DNA from: Desulfovibrionales bacterium
GTDB lineage: Bacteria > Desulfobacterota > Desulfovibrionia > Desulfovibrionales > JBKHAV01
Assembly (NCBI GenBank): GCA_046542715.1
Contig: JBKHAV010000001.1
Span: 36,684-100,683 of the forward strand
Length of the DNA: 64,000 nt
Direction of reading: 5' to 3'
The translations under genes were made by a program, and so were the position numbers. Under the pieces are notes generated by a model. The model was not told the DNA's origin. It worked only from the letters and a program-made list of their open reading frames with translations, and did not search any database. Position 1 is the first letter of the stretch. Each line of letters begins with the position of its first letter. Below are positions 46,962-55,152 of the stretch, one piece after another.

Positions 46962-47231
46962 ATGGAATGCAATGTGGGAAAGTCAGAACGGATCATCCGG
47001 ACTGCGCTGGGCCTGATCATCCTCGTGATCGGATTGTACTACGAGTCGTGGTGGGGGCTGATCGGATTGATCCCCCTGGTGACGGCCGTCATCGGCTGGT
47101 GTCCTATAAGTGCCGCACTTGGCCTGTCCACCTGCAAAGACAAGGAGAGCACCCTCCAGGACACTTCCACCTATGATTCACCACGCCCCCTGCGAATCAG
47201 AGACAAGGACGATCCACGGAGGAAATCATGA
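46962..47231 (+). CDS. DUF2892 (YgaP-like) membrane protein
   Basis: MECNVGKSERIIRTALGLIILVIGLYY...LVTAVIGWCPISAALGLSTC is the classic DUF2892 pattern. It lies within ORF 46569..47231. Confidence 0.7.
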   Translation: MECNVGKSERIIRTALGLIILVIGLYYESWWGLIGLIPLVTAVIGWCPISAALGLSTCKDKESTLQDTSTYDSPRPLRIRDKDDPRRKS

Positions 47232-47509
47232 ACACTGACCCCGGACATCACCGAAAGAGTTCCAATCCCATGAAACACAAGATTGTCATCGCCATCGTCC
47301 TGCTCATCATCGTGGTCATATTCACCCTTCTCAACACCGAACCGGTGGACATCACGTTTTTTTTCTGGCGGTTTGAAATCTCCAAGGCCCTGCTCATGTT
47401 TATTCTTCTGGGCATAGGCACCCTCATTGGGTTTTTCCTTGGGAGTTATTCCACAAAGCACACCAAAAAAGAGCCTGACACCGGGTTCAAGTCCACCCGG
47501 TCCATCTGA
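47228..47509 (+). CDS. LapA/DUF1049-family membrane protein
   Basis: GGAGG RBS and ATGA overlap with the upstream gene. The LLNTEPVDITFFFWRFEISKALLMFILLGIG pattern is present. Confidence 0.65.
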   Translation: MNTDPGHHRKSSNPMKHKIVIAIVLLIIVVIFTLLNTEPVDITFFFWRFEISKALLMFILLGIGTLIGFFLGSYSTKHTKKEPDTGFKSTRSI

Positions 47510-47553
47510 CCATCACAAACTGCGCCGGCTCACCCCGGCGAGAAGAGGTATGC

Positions 47554-47844
47554 ATGTCCGCAACAATTGACGATCTGACAGTGGAGTATGAAGAGGACGG
47601 CGAAGTTCTGGTTCAGGAGGTCGACAAGGAGGTTCTCTCCCGCGGCGCCTGGACCACCATTCTCTTCCGCTTCAAGGAACTGGACCGGAACACCGGAGAG
47701 TTCGGACCGGACAAGTTCACCATCCGCCGGTACCAGAAGGTCCGTGGAGAATTCCGTCAAAAATCCAAGTTCAATATATCAAGCCGTGATCAGGCCAAGA
47801 AGATTGTCGAGGCCTTGAGCCGGTGGGTGCAGGACGAAACCTGA
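47554..47844 (+). CDS. Small acidic hypothetical protein
   Basis: 96 aa of protein-like composition. I recognise no motif. Confidence 0.5.
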   Translation: MSATIDDLTVEYEEDGEVLVQEVDKEVLSRGAWTTILFRFKELDRNTGEFGPDKFTIRRYQKVRGEFRQKSKFNISSRDQAKKIVEALSRWVQDET

Positions 47845-47930
47845 GACGGCCCTGCCCGGGTCGATCTGGTGAGGCATCAACCATGCCGGGTGGAGCACCC
47901 TAAACCGATTGGATGGGGCTAAACCCCCGG

Positions 47931-49304
47931 CTAGAACCCTTTCCCCGGGTTCATGATGGCGTGAGGATCAAACACCGTTTTGATGCGGTGCATGATTTCG
48001 GTTTGGGCTGATCCAAGCTGCTTGCCGGCCCACCTCTGTTTGATCAGGCCGATCCCATGCTCGCCGGACAGTGTCCCCTCGAGGGACAGGACCAGGTCCA
48101 TGATTCGCTCCTTGGCCGCCGACGCCCTGGTCGCTTCCTCCGCTTGCAAACGATCGTACATGATATTGGTGTGAATGTTGCCGTCCCCGAGGTGGCCGAA
48201 CGTCAAAATGGGCAGCCCGGACTCCCCGGCAATCACCCGGATACCGCGGATGAGTTCGCCGACCCTTCCCCTGGGGACCGTGATGTCCTCGCTCATCTTG
48301 TCCGGCCTGACCCGAAACGATGCCGGGCTGATGAGCCGCCTTATCTCCCAGAGTTCCTCCTCCCGGGCACCCGACCCTGACCGCCGAAAGAGCGGTTTGG
48401 TCCCCGCCAGGACCATATCCAGCCGTTTCTGTTCCTCCAGGAGTTCCTCTTGGCTGCCGTCCTGTTTGAGAAGCAACACCGCACCGGTTTTTTCTGGCCA
48501 CTGGGCCGGGGCGAGTTCCGAAACAGCCGCCAAAACCTCCCTGGTCATGAGTTCCATGGCCACGGGGAGAATACCGGCCCGGAAGACCGCCTCCGCTCCT
48601 TCCAGGGCCTTATCCAGTGTCTCGTAAGCCACAAGAATGGAAGCAGTGGCTTGCGGCAGGGGCAGCAGCTTGAGCGTCACCCTGGTCACCAGGGCCAATG
48701 TCCCTTCGGAACCGACCAGGAGCCGGGTCAGGTCCAGGCCGACCACGTTTTTGTGGCACCGTCCCCCGGTACGGATCACCTCCCCCCCGGGGAGCACCGC
48801 CTCCAGTCCCAGGACATAGTCCCGGGTCACGCCGTACTTGACCGCGCGCATGCCTCCGGCATTGGTCATCACATTGCCGCCGATGGTGGAAAATTTCCCG
48901 CTGGCCGGGTCCGGTGGATAGAAAAGCGATTTTTCAGCCGCCTCCTTCTGGAGCCTGGCCGTAACCACCCCGGGCTCGACAACGGCGATAAAATCGCTGG
49001 CACTGATCTCCACGATCCTGTCCATGTCCAGCATGGAAACCACGACCCCCCCGGAATCCGGCACGCAGCCGCCCACCATGTTCGTGCCCCGCGATCTGGG
49101 GATGATGGGTATCCGCTCCTGATGCGCCCAGGACAGGAGTGAGACGACCTGTTCCAGAGTTTTCGGCCGGACCACGGCCCAGGGCGGGGCAAACCCCCGG
49201 CTGGAATCCGCCCCGAAAACCAGCGTCTCCTCTGTTGAGGTAAGGAAGTCCTTTCCGGGAAAGAGGTCTCTGAGAAATTTCTTTTGGCTTCGGGTCAGAG
49301 TCAA
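47931..49304 (-). CDS. FAD-binding oxidoreductase, GlcD / D-lactate dehydrogenase family
   Basis: FAD_binding_4 motifs (PRSRGTNMVGG, GGMRAVKYGVTRD) and a C-terminal GEHGIG motif. A TTG start at 49304 follows GGAG. The ORF-track N-terminus translates the repeat array and is rejected. Confidence 0.85.
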   Translation of the reverse strand: MTLTRSQKKFLRDLFPGKDFLTSTEETLVFGADSSRGFAPPWAVVRPKTLEQVVSLLSWAHQERIPIIPRSRGTNMVGGCVPDSGGVVVSMLDMDRIVEISASDFIAVVEPGVVTARLQKEAAEKSLFYPPDPASGKFSTIGGNVMTNAGGMRAVKYGVTRDYVLGLEAVLPGGEVIRTGGRCHKNVVGLDLTRLLVGSEGTLALVTRVTLKLLPLPQATASILVAYETLDKALEGAEAVFRAGILPVAMELMTREVLAAVSELAPAQWPEKTGAVLLLKQDGSQEELLEEQKRLDMVLAGTKPLFRRSGSGAREEELWEIRRLISPASFRVRPDKMSEDITVPRGRVGELIRGIRVIAGESGLPILTFGHLGDGNIHTNIMYDRLQAEEATRASAAKERIMDLVLSLEGTLSGEHGIGLIKQRWAGKQLGSAQTEIMHRIKTVFDPHAIMNPGKGF

Positions 49305-49320
49305 ATGAACGCTCCGGGAA

Positions 49321-49377
49321 TCAGAAATCCGAAATTCAAAATTCAAAATCCGAAGCTCGAAATCCGAAATTCGAAAC
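49321..49377. repeat. Left arm: 8-nt-periodic array (CGAAATYC units)
   Basis: Sequence tcagaaatccgaaattcaaaattcaaaatccgaagctcgaaatccgaaattcgaaac is an imperfect reverse complement of the right arm. Confidence 0.8.
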
Positions 49378-49490
49378 AAATGCAGAAGAGACGAAGACTT
49401 CCGACCGAATCAGGTATCAACGAACATCAGCCAGAACATCACCGAAGCCGAATCGGAACTTCTGCCTTTCGGATTTCTGCCTTTCTGTTT

Positions 49491-49581
49491 TGTTTCGAAT
49501 TTCGAATTTCGAATTTCGGATTTCAGATTTCGGATTTCGAATTTCGAATTTCTCTTTTCATTTTGAATTTCGAATTTCTCT
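49491..49581. repeat. Right arm: 8-nt-periodic TTCGAA array abutting the smpB stop
   Basis: Sequence tgtttcgaatttcgaatttcgaatttcggatttcagatttcggatttcgaatttcgaatttc... carries six TTCGAA palindromes in 8-bp phase. The smpB stop is 49582-49584. Confidence 0.85.
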
Positions 49582-50040
49582 TCATTTGTACCTGGCTATC
49601 TCTCTGGCAGTATCCCGTTCCACGGCACGTCGCTTGAGTTCTTCGCGGCGGTCATGGACCTTCATGCCTTTGGCCAGGGCAATCTCGACCTTGATGCGCC
49701 CGCCCTTGAGGTAGATCTTTGTAGGGACAACGGTCAGCCCCTTTTGCTCCACCCTGCTCATCAGTCTTTCGATTTCCCGGCCGTGCAGCAGGAGCTTTTT
49801 GTCCCGGTCCGGATCATGCCCGCTGGGGCCGGCCTGCTCGTACGGGGAAATATGCACCCCCGAAAGATAGGCCTCCCCCCCTGTGAAGCGGACATGGCTG
49901 TCCTGGAAACTCACTTTGCCGGCTCTGGCCGATTTGACTTCCGACCCTTTGAGAACGAGGCCGGCTTCCAAAAATTCCAGAAACTCGTACTGGGCCCTGG
50001 CTTTTTTGTTCTGCGCGATGATCTTGATGCCTGTGGACAT
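49582..50040 (-). CDS. smpB: SsrA-binding protein SmpB
   Basis: 152 aa, [30 protein letters not shown]...KLLLHGREI. Confidence 0.95.
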   Translation of the reverse strand: MSTGIKIIAQNKKARAQYEFLEFLEAGLVLKGSEVKSARAGKVSFQDSHVRFTGGEAYLSGVHISPYEQAGPSGHDPDRDKKLLLHGREIERLMSRVEQKGLTVVPTKIYLKGGRIKVEIALAKGMKVHDRREELKRRAVERDTAREIARYK

Positions 50041-50043
50041 AGG

Positions 50044-51822
50044 CTACTCGTGATCCGCGTCGATCATGGAGGCGTAAAACATGAGCTCCTCTGGAAAGCG
50101 TTTGAAAATCATGTCCTTGACCAGGGCGTTGATGGTGGCCACGGAGCTGCAGGCCAGGACCTGCGAAAGCAGAACCTTGCATTCCTCCATGGTGGTCTGA
50201 CGAATGATGTGTTTGATCCCGGGAATGGATTGCGGGTTGAGGCTGATGGAATCCACCTCCATGCCCATGAGAATGGGGATGCAAAACGGGTCCGAGGCAA
50301 CTTCCCCGCAGATGCTCACTTCGATGCCCGCTTGGTGCCCGGCGTCGACGACCCGCTTGATGGAACGGACAATGGCAGGGTGCAGCGGCTGATAGAGGTA
50401 GGAGACGTGCCGGTTGGTTCGGTCTATCCCCAGGGAGTACTGGATGAGGTCATTGGTGCCGATGCTGAAAAAATCCACCTCCTGGGCCAGGAGGTCGGCC
50501 GTGAGCACTGCTGAAGGGACCTCGATCATGATTCCGGTCGGCATGTCCGGATTGAACTCCCTGCCTTCGCGGGTCAGTTCCTCCCTGGCCTCCTGCATGA
50601 CCTTCTTGACCTCCTGCAACTCGTGCAGTCCAGAGATCATGGGAAACATGATGGACACGTTTCCGGTTGCTCCGGCCCGGAGGATGGCTTTGACCTGAAC
50701 CTTGAAAAATTCGGGATGACGCAGGCAATAGCGCACTGCCCGCAGCCCCATGGCCGGATTGGACTCCTCCAGCAAACCGTCTTCGAGCCGGAATTTGTCC
50801 CCGCCCAGATCAAAGGTGCGGATCACGAGTTTGGCGGGCGCGATAATGGATGCCAAATCCCGGTACTCTTCGAAAAGCTCTTCTTCCGCAGGGAGCCCGG
50901 TCCTGTTCATGAAGGAAAATTCGGTCCGGTAGAGCCCGACCCCCTCGCCGCCGTTGTCGATCACTGCGGCGACCTCCTCGAAGAGTTCGATATTGGCCAT
51001 GACCTTGATCCGGTACCCGTCAATGGTTTCCCCGGGAAGGTGACAGCAGCGAATGGTTTTGCCCTGGTAATTCTCGAACTGATATTTGAGATCAGCAAAC
51101 TGGGAGAGTTCTTCTTCGTCAGGTTCCAGGATGACCCTGCCGTGCAGTCCGTCGATGACGATGAGTTGACCGTCTTCGATTTCCTCCTCCAGACCTTCCA
51201 CTCCGACCACCGCCGGAATCTGCAGAGACCGGGCAAGAATGCCGATGTGGGAGGTTTTTCCACCCAGGGCGGTCACAAACCCCATGATCTTGTCCACTTG
51301 AAGCACGATGGTGTCTGCCGGGGAGAGATCATGGGCCACCAGATTGACACGGCTGGTGATCGGCTTGATTTCGTCATCAAGGCCGATGAGGTGACTCTTG
51401 ACCCGCTCCACCACGAGCCGCACGTCCTGGATCCGGTCCCGAATGTATTCGTCCTCGATGGCGCTGAAAGCCTTTTCCAGGTCGCTCACCGCCTTGTCCA
51501 GAGCCCATTCCGCATTGATCTGCAGGGAGTTGATGAATTCGATGGAAGCCCCTTTCAACTTGGGGTCCTTGACGATCATCAGGTGAGAATCGATGATCGA
51601 GGCATGCTCCCTGAGCTGCAGGGGCACCTTTTCCCGTATGTCTTCGAGTTCCTGACCGGCCTGGCCAAAGGCCTCTTCGAGCCGTTCGATCTCCCGGGGC
51701 AGCAGGGACTTGGAAATGGTCTGCCGCGGGGTCAGCTTGTCGCGCCCTCTGTTCAAAAACAGCGCCTTTCCAATGGAGATACCCGCGGAAACAGGAATAC
51801 CCGTAAGGATTTTTTTCGGCAC
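50044..51822 (-). CDS. ptsI: Phosphoenolpyruvate-protein phosphotransferase (PTS Enzyme I)
   Basis: 592 aa. Active-site region GGKTSHIGILARSLQIPAV and C-terminal PEP-utilising motifs. A GTG start overlaps the ptsH stop. Confidence 0.95.
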   Translation of the reverse strand: MPKKILTGIPVSAGISIGKALFLNRGRDKLTPRQTISKSLLPREIERLEEAFGQAGQELEDIREKVPLQLREHASIIDSHLMIVKDPKLKGASIEFINSLQINAEWALDKAVSDLEKAFSAIEDEYIRDRIQDVRLVVERVKSHLIGLDDEIKPITSRVNLVAHDLSPADTIVLQVDKIMGFVTALGGKTSHIGILARSLQIPAVVGVEGLEEEIEDGQLIVIDGLHGRVILEPDEEELSQFADLKYQFENYQGKTIRCCHLPGETIDGYRIKVMANIELFEEVAAVIDNGGEGVGLYRTEFSFMNRTGLPAEEELFEEYRDLASIIAPAKLVIRTFDLGGDKFRLEDGLLEESNPAMGLRAVRYCLRHPEFFKVQVKAILRAGATGNVSIMFPMISGLHELQEVKKVMQEAREELTREGREFNPDMPTGIMIEVPSAVLTADLLAQEVDFFSIGTNDLIQYSLGIDRTNRHVSYLYQPLHPAIVRSIKRVVDAGHQAGIEVSICGEVASDPFCIPILMGMEVDSISLNPQSIPGIKHIIRQTTMEECKVLLSQVLACSSVATINALVKDMIFKRFPEELMFYASMIDADHE

Positions 51823-52103
51823 TAGCGATCTTCCCCGAATCGATCGTTGAACAAGCGTTCCAGCCGCTCCACAGCCGTATCTGCGTCAGGTCCCTGAGCC
51901 TCGATCCTGATGGAGGACCCCTTGGACAGAGCCAGGGTCAAAATGTCAAGAATACTCTTGGCGTCCACCTTCTGACCGTTATGGACGAGAAAGACTGATG
52001 AGGAAAACTTTTGGGCTTCCTGGGCCAGGCGGCCCGCAGGCCGGGCGTGCATGCCCAGCTCATTGAGCACTCGGACTTCTTTGGTCAGAATTCCCTCCCC
52101 CAT
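51822..52103 (-). CDS. ptsH: Phosphocarrier protein HPr
   Basis: His15 region LNELGMHARPAG and a Ser46-like region DAKSILDIL. The start is the ATG at 52103; an alternative TTG lies at 52124. Confidence 0.85.
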   Translation of the reverse strand: MGEGILTKEVRVLNELGMHARPAGRLAQEAQKFSSSVFLVHNGQKVDAKSILDILTLALSKGSSIRIEAQGPDADTAVERLERLFNDRFGEDR

Positions 52104-52148
52104 TGCATCTCTCTTATGTATCAAAATCCGTTGTTTTTTCCAATTGGA

Positions 52149-52880
52149 TCAAAACACCCAGGCAAAAACCATACTCGACGCCGCAAAGATGATGATCAAA
52201 ATCTCCCGCGCCCAGTAGAGCTTTGCCGCCAGCCAGGCCAAGGCGCAGATCGAAAGCGCCATGGGCAACCAGTACAGCGGGTCGGAAAGGGGAAAAACGT
52301 GCATCCAGAGCACGACGATCAAAAAACCGTTCACCACCTTGAGCCGCTGTCCCCAATTGATCAAATTCCAGTGCTTGAGCCGCTGCAGAAAGATCAGACC
52401 CTCCCGGACCCCTCCGAAGAAAGTGTACATCTTGAACACCTGCAGCGCGAAAAACCAGAGACCGGTCCAGGCCAAAGCCCAGTGGACACTGCCCTGTAGC
52501 AGGACGAAGACCGTCGTCAGGGACCAGAAGACCAGGACCGCTCCGCCGAAGAAGGAATCTCCAATGGCCGATAAGGTGTACACCGTCGTGGTCCTGACGT
52601 CGGCCACACTTTTTTCCGGAAGAAGTCCCCTGGTGATTTTTCGTTCGAGAAAGAGAAAAAACCCCACCAGAAGCGGAGTCCAGAACGGATGCGTGTTATA
52701 GTGCTGAAGATATCGCTTCCGGGCTCTGCGCAGCGGTCTTCCACTCTGATAGAGTGCCTTCAGCCCGGGATCTATTGCATAAGACAGGCCGATATTCTGC
52801 ATCCCCCTGGTATTGAAATTCGCTCCTACCAGGTAGGTTCGCAAAAAACAGGACAGCAGCACCCTGTATTCCGGGGTCAA
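52149..52880 (-). CDS. PTS mannose/fructose/sorbose-family IID component homologue
   Basis: FLRTYLVGANFNTRGMQNIGLSYAIDPGL...HYNTHPFWTPLLVG aligns by eye with the E. coli ManZ N-terminus. It is polytopic. Confidence 0.8.
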   Translation of the reverse strand: MTPEYRVLLSCFLRTYLVGANFNTRGMQNIGLSYAIDPGLKALYQSGRPLRRARKRYLQHYNTHPFWTPLLVGFFLFLERKITRGLLPEKSVADVRTTTVYTLSAIGDSFFGGAVLVFWSLTTVFVLLQGSVHWALAWTGLWFFALQVFKMYTFFGGVREGLIFLQRLKHWNLINWGQRLKVVNGFLIVVLWMHVFPLSDPLYWLPMALSICALAWLAAKLYWAREILIIIFAASSMVFAWVF

Positions 52881-52908
52881 CTGTGCTTCCTCTTTCTCGG
52901 TCCTGATC

Positions 52909-53754
52909 TCATTTCGATCTGTCCTGAAGTTCGGTCAATACCGCGTATATCTCCCTGGAACTCCACCCAATGGATTTGTCCCGTACGCGTCGTGAGACCT
53001 CCTTTGGTGTGCCTCCGCGGCTCATTTCCTTTTCCAGCAGGACGAGAAGCTCGCTTTTGTCCGTAGGCAGCATCTGTTCAGGCGGTCCGACAACAATTGT
53101 GATTTCACCTTTGAGGCCGGACAAATCCTTTGGGTCGTCACCAAGCCGGCCATAGATAAACTGCTCATGTTTTTTGGTCAATTCCCTGGCCAAACAGAAC
53201 TCTCTCTTCCCGAGGATTTCATGAGCCGTTTGCAGCGTCTGTTCCACTCTGCTCTTGCGCTCGAATAAAACCAGGGTCGCCCCAAGGAGGGCATAGGGTT
53301 CCAGAGCGCTTTTCTGATCGCCGGACTTGCGGGGTAAAAATCCCAGAAATACAAAGGGATATGGGGGGATACCGCTGACTGAGAGGGCGGCCATGATCGC
53401 AGAGGGACCGGGAACCGGGGAGACAGGTATTCCTGCTTTGCGGCAAGCCCGGACCAGCCGGTACCCGGGATCTGCAATCAGCGGTGTGCCTGCGTCCGAG
53501 ATCAACGCCACTTCACGGTCCTGGGTGAGCAGGGTGAGCACATGGGTGATGCGTTGCTCCTCGTTGTGCTCGAACAGGCTGAGCATGTTTTGGGGAACAA
53601 TTCCGCACCGTTTCAGAAGAAGTCCCGCCCGCCTGGTGTCCTCGGCAAGGATCAGGTCCGCCCGTTCGAGAACTTCCCGGGCGCGGGGGGCAAGGTCACC
53701 AAGGTTGCCAAGGGGCGTTGCCACGACCCAGAGTCTCTGACCAGTCGAATGCAT
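52909..53754 (-). CDS. rsmI: 16S rRNA (cytidine1402-2'-O)-methyltransferase RsmI
   Basis: LWVVATPLGNLGDLAPRAREVLERADLILAEDTR matches the tetrapyrrole-methylase-fold RsmI N-terminus. Confidence 0.85.
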   Translation of the reverse strand: MHSTGQRLWVVATPLGNLGDLAPRAREVLERADLILAEDTRRAGLLLKRCGIVPQNMLSLFEHNEEQRITHVLTLLTQDREVALISDAGTPLIADPGYRLVRACRKAGIPVSPVPGPSAIMAALSVSGIPPYPFVFLGFLPRKSGDQKSALEPYALLGATLVLFERKSRVEQTLQTAHEILGKREFCLARELTKKHEQFIYGRLGDDPKDLSGLKGEITIVVGPPEQMLPTDKSELLVLLEKEMSRGGTPKEVSRRVRDKSIGWSSREIYAVLTELQDRSK

Positions 53755-54100
53755 TGATGATGTGCTCCAGCGTGACTCGATCTCCAGTGCAGAGAACGAC
53801 CATGAGATCGAACCGGCAGGGACGATCCCACAGCTGATATGTGGAAAGGTATTGCGCTGCGGCCCGGGCCACCCGTTCCTGTTTTTTCGCGTTCAGGGAT
53901 TCCACCGGACCGACCATGCCTTCGCTGTCCCTGGTTTTGACCTCGACGAAGACGATGGTTCCCTTCAGGTCACAGACAATGTCAAGCTCCCCCTGTCTGC
54001 AGGACCAGTTCCGGTCCAAAATCCGGTAGCGCTTCCGGCGCAGGTAGTCGGCGGCTGCCGTTTCCCCCAATTCACCGCGTTTCAGATGCCCGGAAGCCAC
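53696..54100 (-). CDS. yraN: YraN-family endonuclease (UPF0102)
   Basis: GELGETAAADYLRRKRYRILDRNWSCRQGELDIV...VFVEVKTR. Confidence 0.8.
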   Translation of the reverse strand: MASGHLKRGELGETAAADYLRRKRYRILDRNWSCRQGELDIVCDLKGTIVFVEVKTRDSEGMVGPVESLNAKKQERVARAAAQYLSTYQLWDRPCRFDLMVVLCTGDRVTLEHIINAFDWSETLGRGNAPWQPW

Positions 54101-54723
54101 ACCCGTTTCTCCCGCAGGGGCAGCACCCCTTTGAACGACCGTCTGTGGATGGGTGAAGGACCAAGCGTTGCCAGCGCCCTCAGGTGAACCCGGGTTCCAT
54201 ACCCCTTATGCTCGGAAAGGGCGTACCCGGGGTAGCGGTTGTGCAAAACGTCCATCAGCCGGTCGCGATAGGTTTTGGCAATGATGGAGGCGGCGGAAAT
54301 GGCCGGGATGAGCCCGTCACCGCCGACAATACATCGCTGCGGCAGAGCCATGGGCATTTTTTGGTTTCCGTCGACGATGACGGAACGCGGCGAAATTTTG
54401 AGCCGTTGGACAGCTCTGCACATGGCCAGGAGACTGGCCTGCAGGATATCCAGCCGGTCGATCTCCCGGGGCCAGGAAATGCCGACGGCCCAGGACTCGG
54501 CCTGGGCCTTGACGGCTTTTTCCAGCTTCAGCCGCTGCAGCGGGGTAAGTTTCTTGGAGTCGTCGAGGAAGGGAAGATCAAAGGTTTGGGGCAGAACAAC
54601 TGCCGCAGCAACGACCGGCCCGGCAAGACAGCCGCGGCCGGTCTCGTCAACCCCGGCAAACGGAAGGGGAAGCCCGGCTGTACCCTGTTTTGTTCCGGAG
54701 TTTTGCAGGGGTCTCAGCAGCAC
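54082..54723 (-). CDS. rnhB: Ribonuclease HII
   Basis: GVDETGRGCLAGPVVAAAV and DDSKKL catalytic motifs. Confidence 0.9.
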   Translation of the reverse strand: MLLRPLQNSGTKQGTAGLPLPFAGVDETGRGCLAGPVVAAAVVLPQTFDLPFLDDSKKLTPLQRLKLEKAVKAQAESWAVGISWPREIDRLDILQASLLAMCRAVQRLKISPRSVIVDGNQKMPMALPQRCIVGGDGLIPAISAASIIAKTYRDRLMDVLHNRYPGYALSEHKGYGTRVHLRALATLGPSPIHRRSFKGVLPLREKRVWLPGI

Positions 54724-54743
54724 GGCCTTTCCAGCACCGGACG

Positions 54744-55094
54744 TTACCGCCAGGCGTTCTTGGTCTTGATCCGGCTTGCCTTGCCCTTGAGCTTGCGCAG
54801 ATAGTAGATCCGGCTCTGCCTGACCTTGCCTTCGCTCAGCACCTCGACCCTCTCGAGAAAGGGGGAATGCAGGGGAAAAACCCGCTCCACGCCGATGCCG
54901 TCGGAAACCTTGCGCACGGTAAACGTCGCGTTGGTGGTGCCGCGGTTGACCTTGATCACCGCACCCTGGAAAACCTGGATGCGCTCCTTCTCCCCTTCGA
55001 TGATGCGCACGTGGACCTTGACGGTATCCCCGGCCTTGAACCTGGGCAGATCCATGCGCAGTTGCTCTCGTTCGTACTTCTGCAAAATATTCAT
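54744..55094 (-). CDS. rplS: 50S ribosomal protein L19
   Basis: 116 aa from the internal ATG at 55094, MNILQKYEREQLRMDLPRFKAGDTVKVHVRIIEGEKERIQVFQG. Confidence 0.95.
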   Translation of the reverse strand: MNILQKYEREQLRMDLPRFKAGDTVKVHVRIIEGEKERIQVFQGAVIKVNRGTTNATFTVRKVSDGIGVERVFPLHSPFLERVEVLSEGKVRQSRIYYLRKLKGKASRIKTKNAWR

Positions 55095-55152
55095 TGTTGA
55101 CTCCTCAATAGGGTGCCCTCCTGATCCCTGCCGGCGGAGGGCACTACGGTCA

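Noticed and set aside
49321-49581. Possibility that the repeat arrays are a CRISPR array
   Set aside because: The repeat unit is only 7-8 nt and tandem, without unique spacers. No cas genes are present in the window.
49305-49581. tmRNA (ssrA) next to smpB
   Set aside because: There is no tRNA-Ala-like acceptor or T-arm, no tag reading frame and no GGGG...CCACCA ends. The region is dominated by the low-complexity arrays.
49490-49714. ORFs translating the arrays into FRISNFEF-type peptides (also 1780..2043 and the first 25 codons of ORF 47931..49379)
   Set aside because: The periodic peptide is an artefact of an 8-nt DNA repeat, which gives a 24-nt frame period. No RBS is present. The glcD-like family alignment starts downstream at the TTG at 49304.
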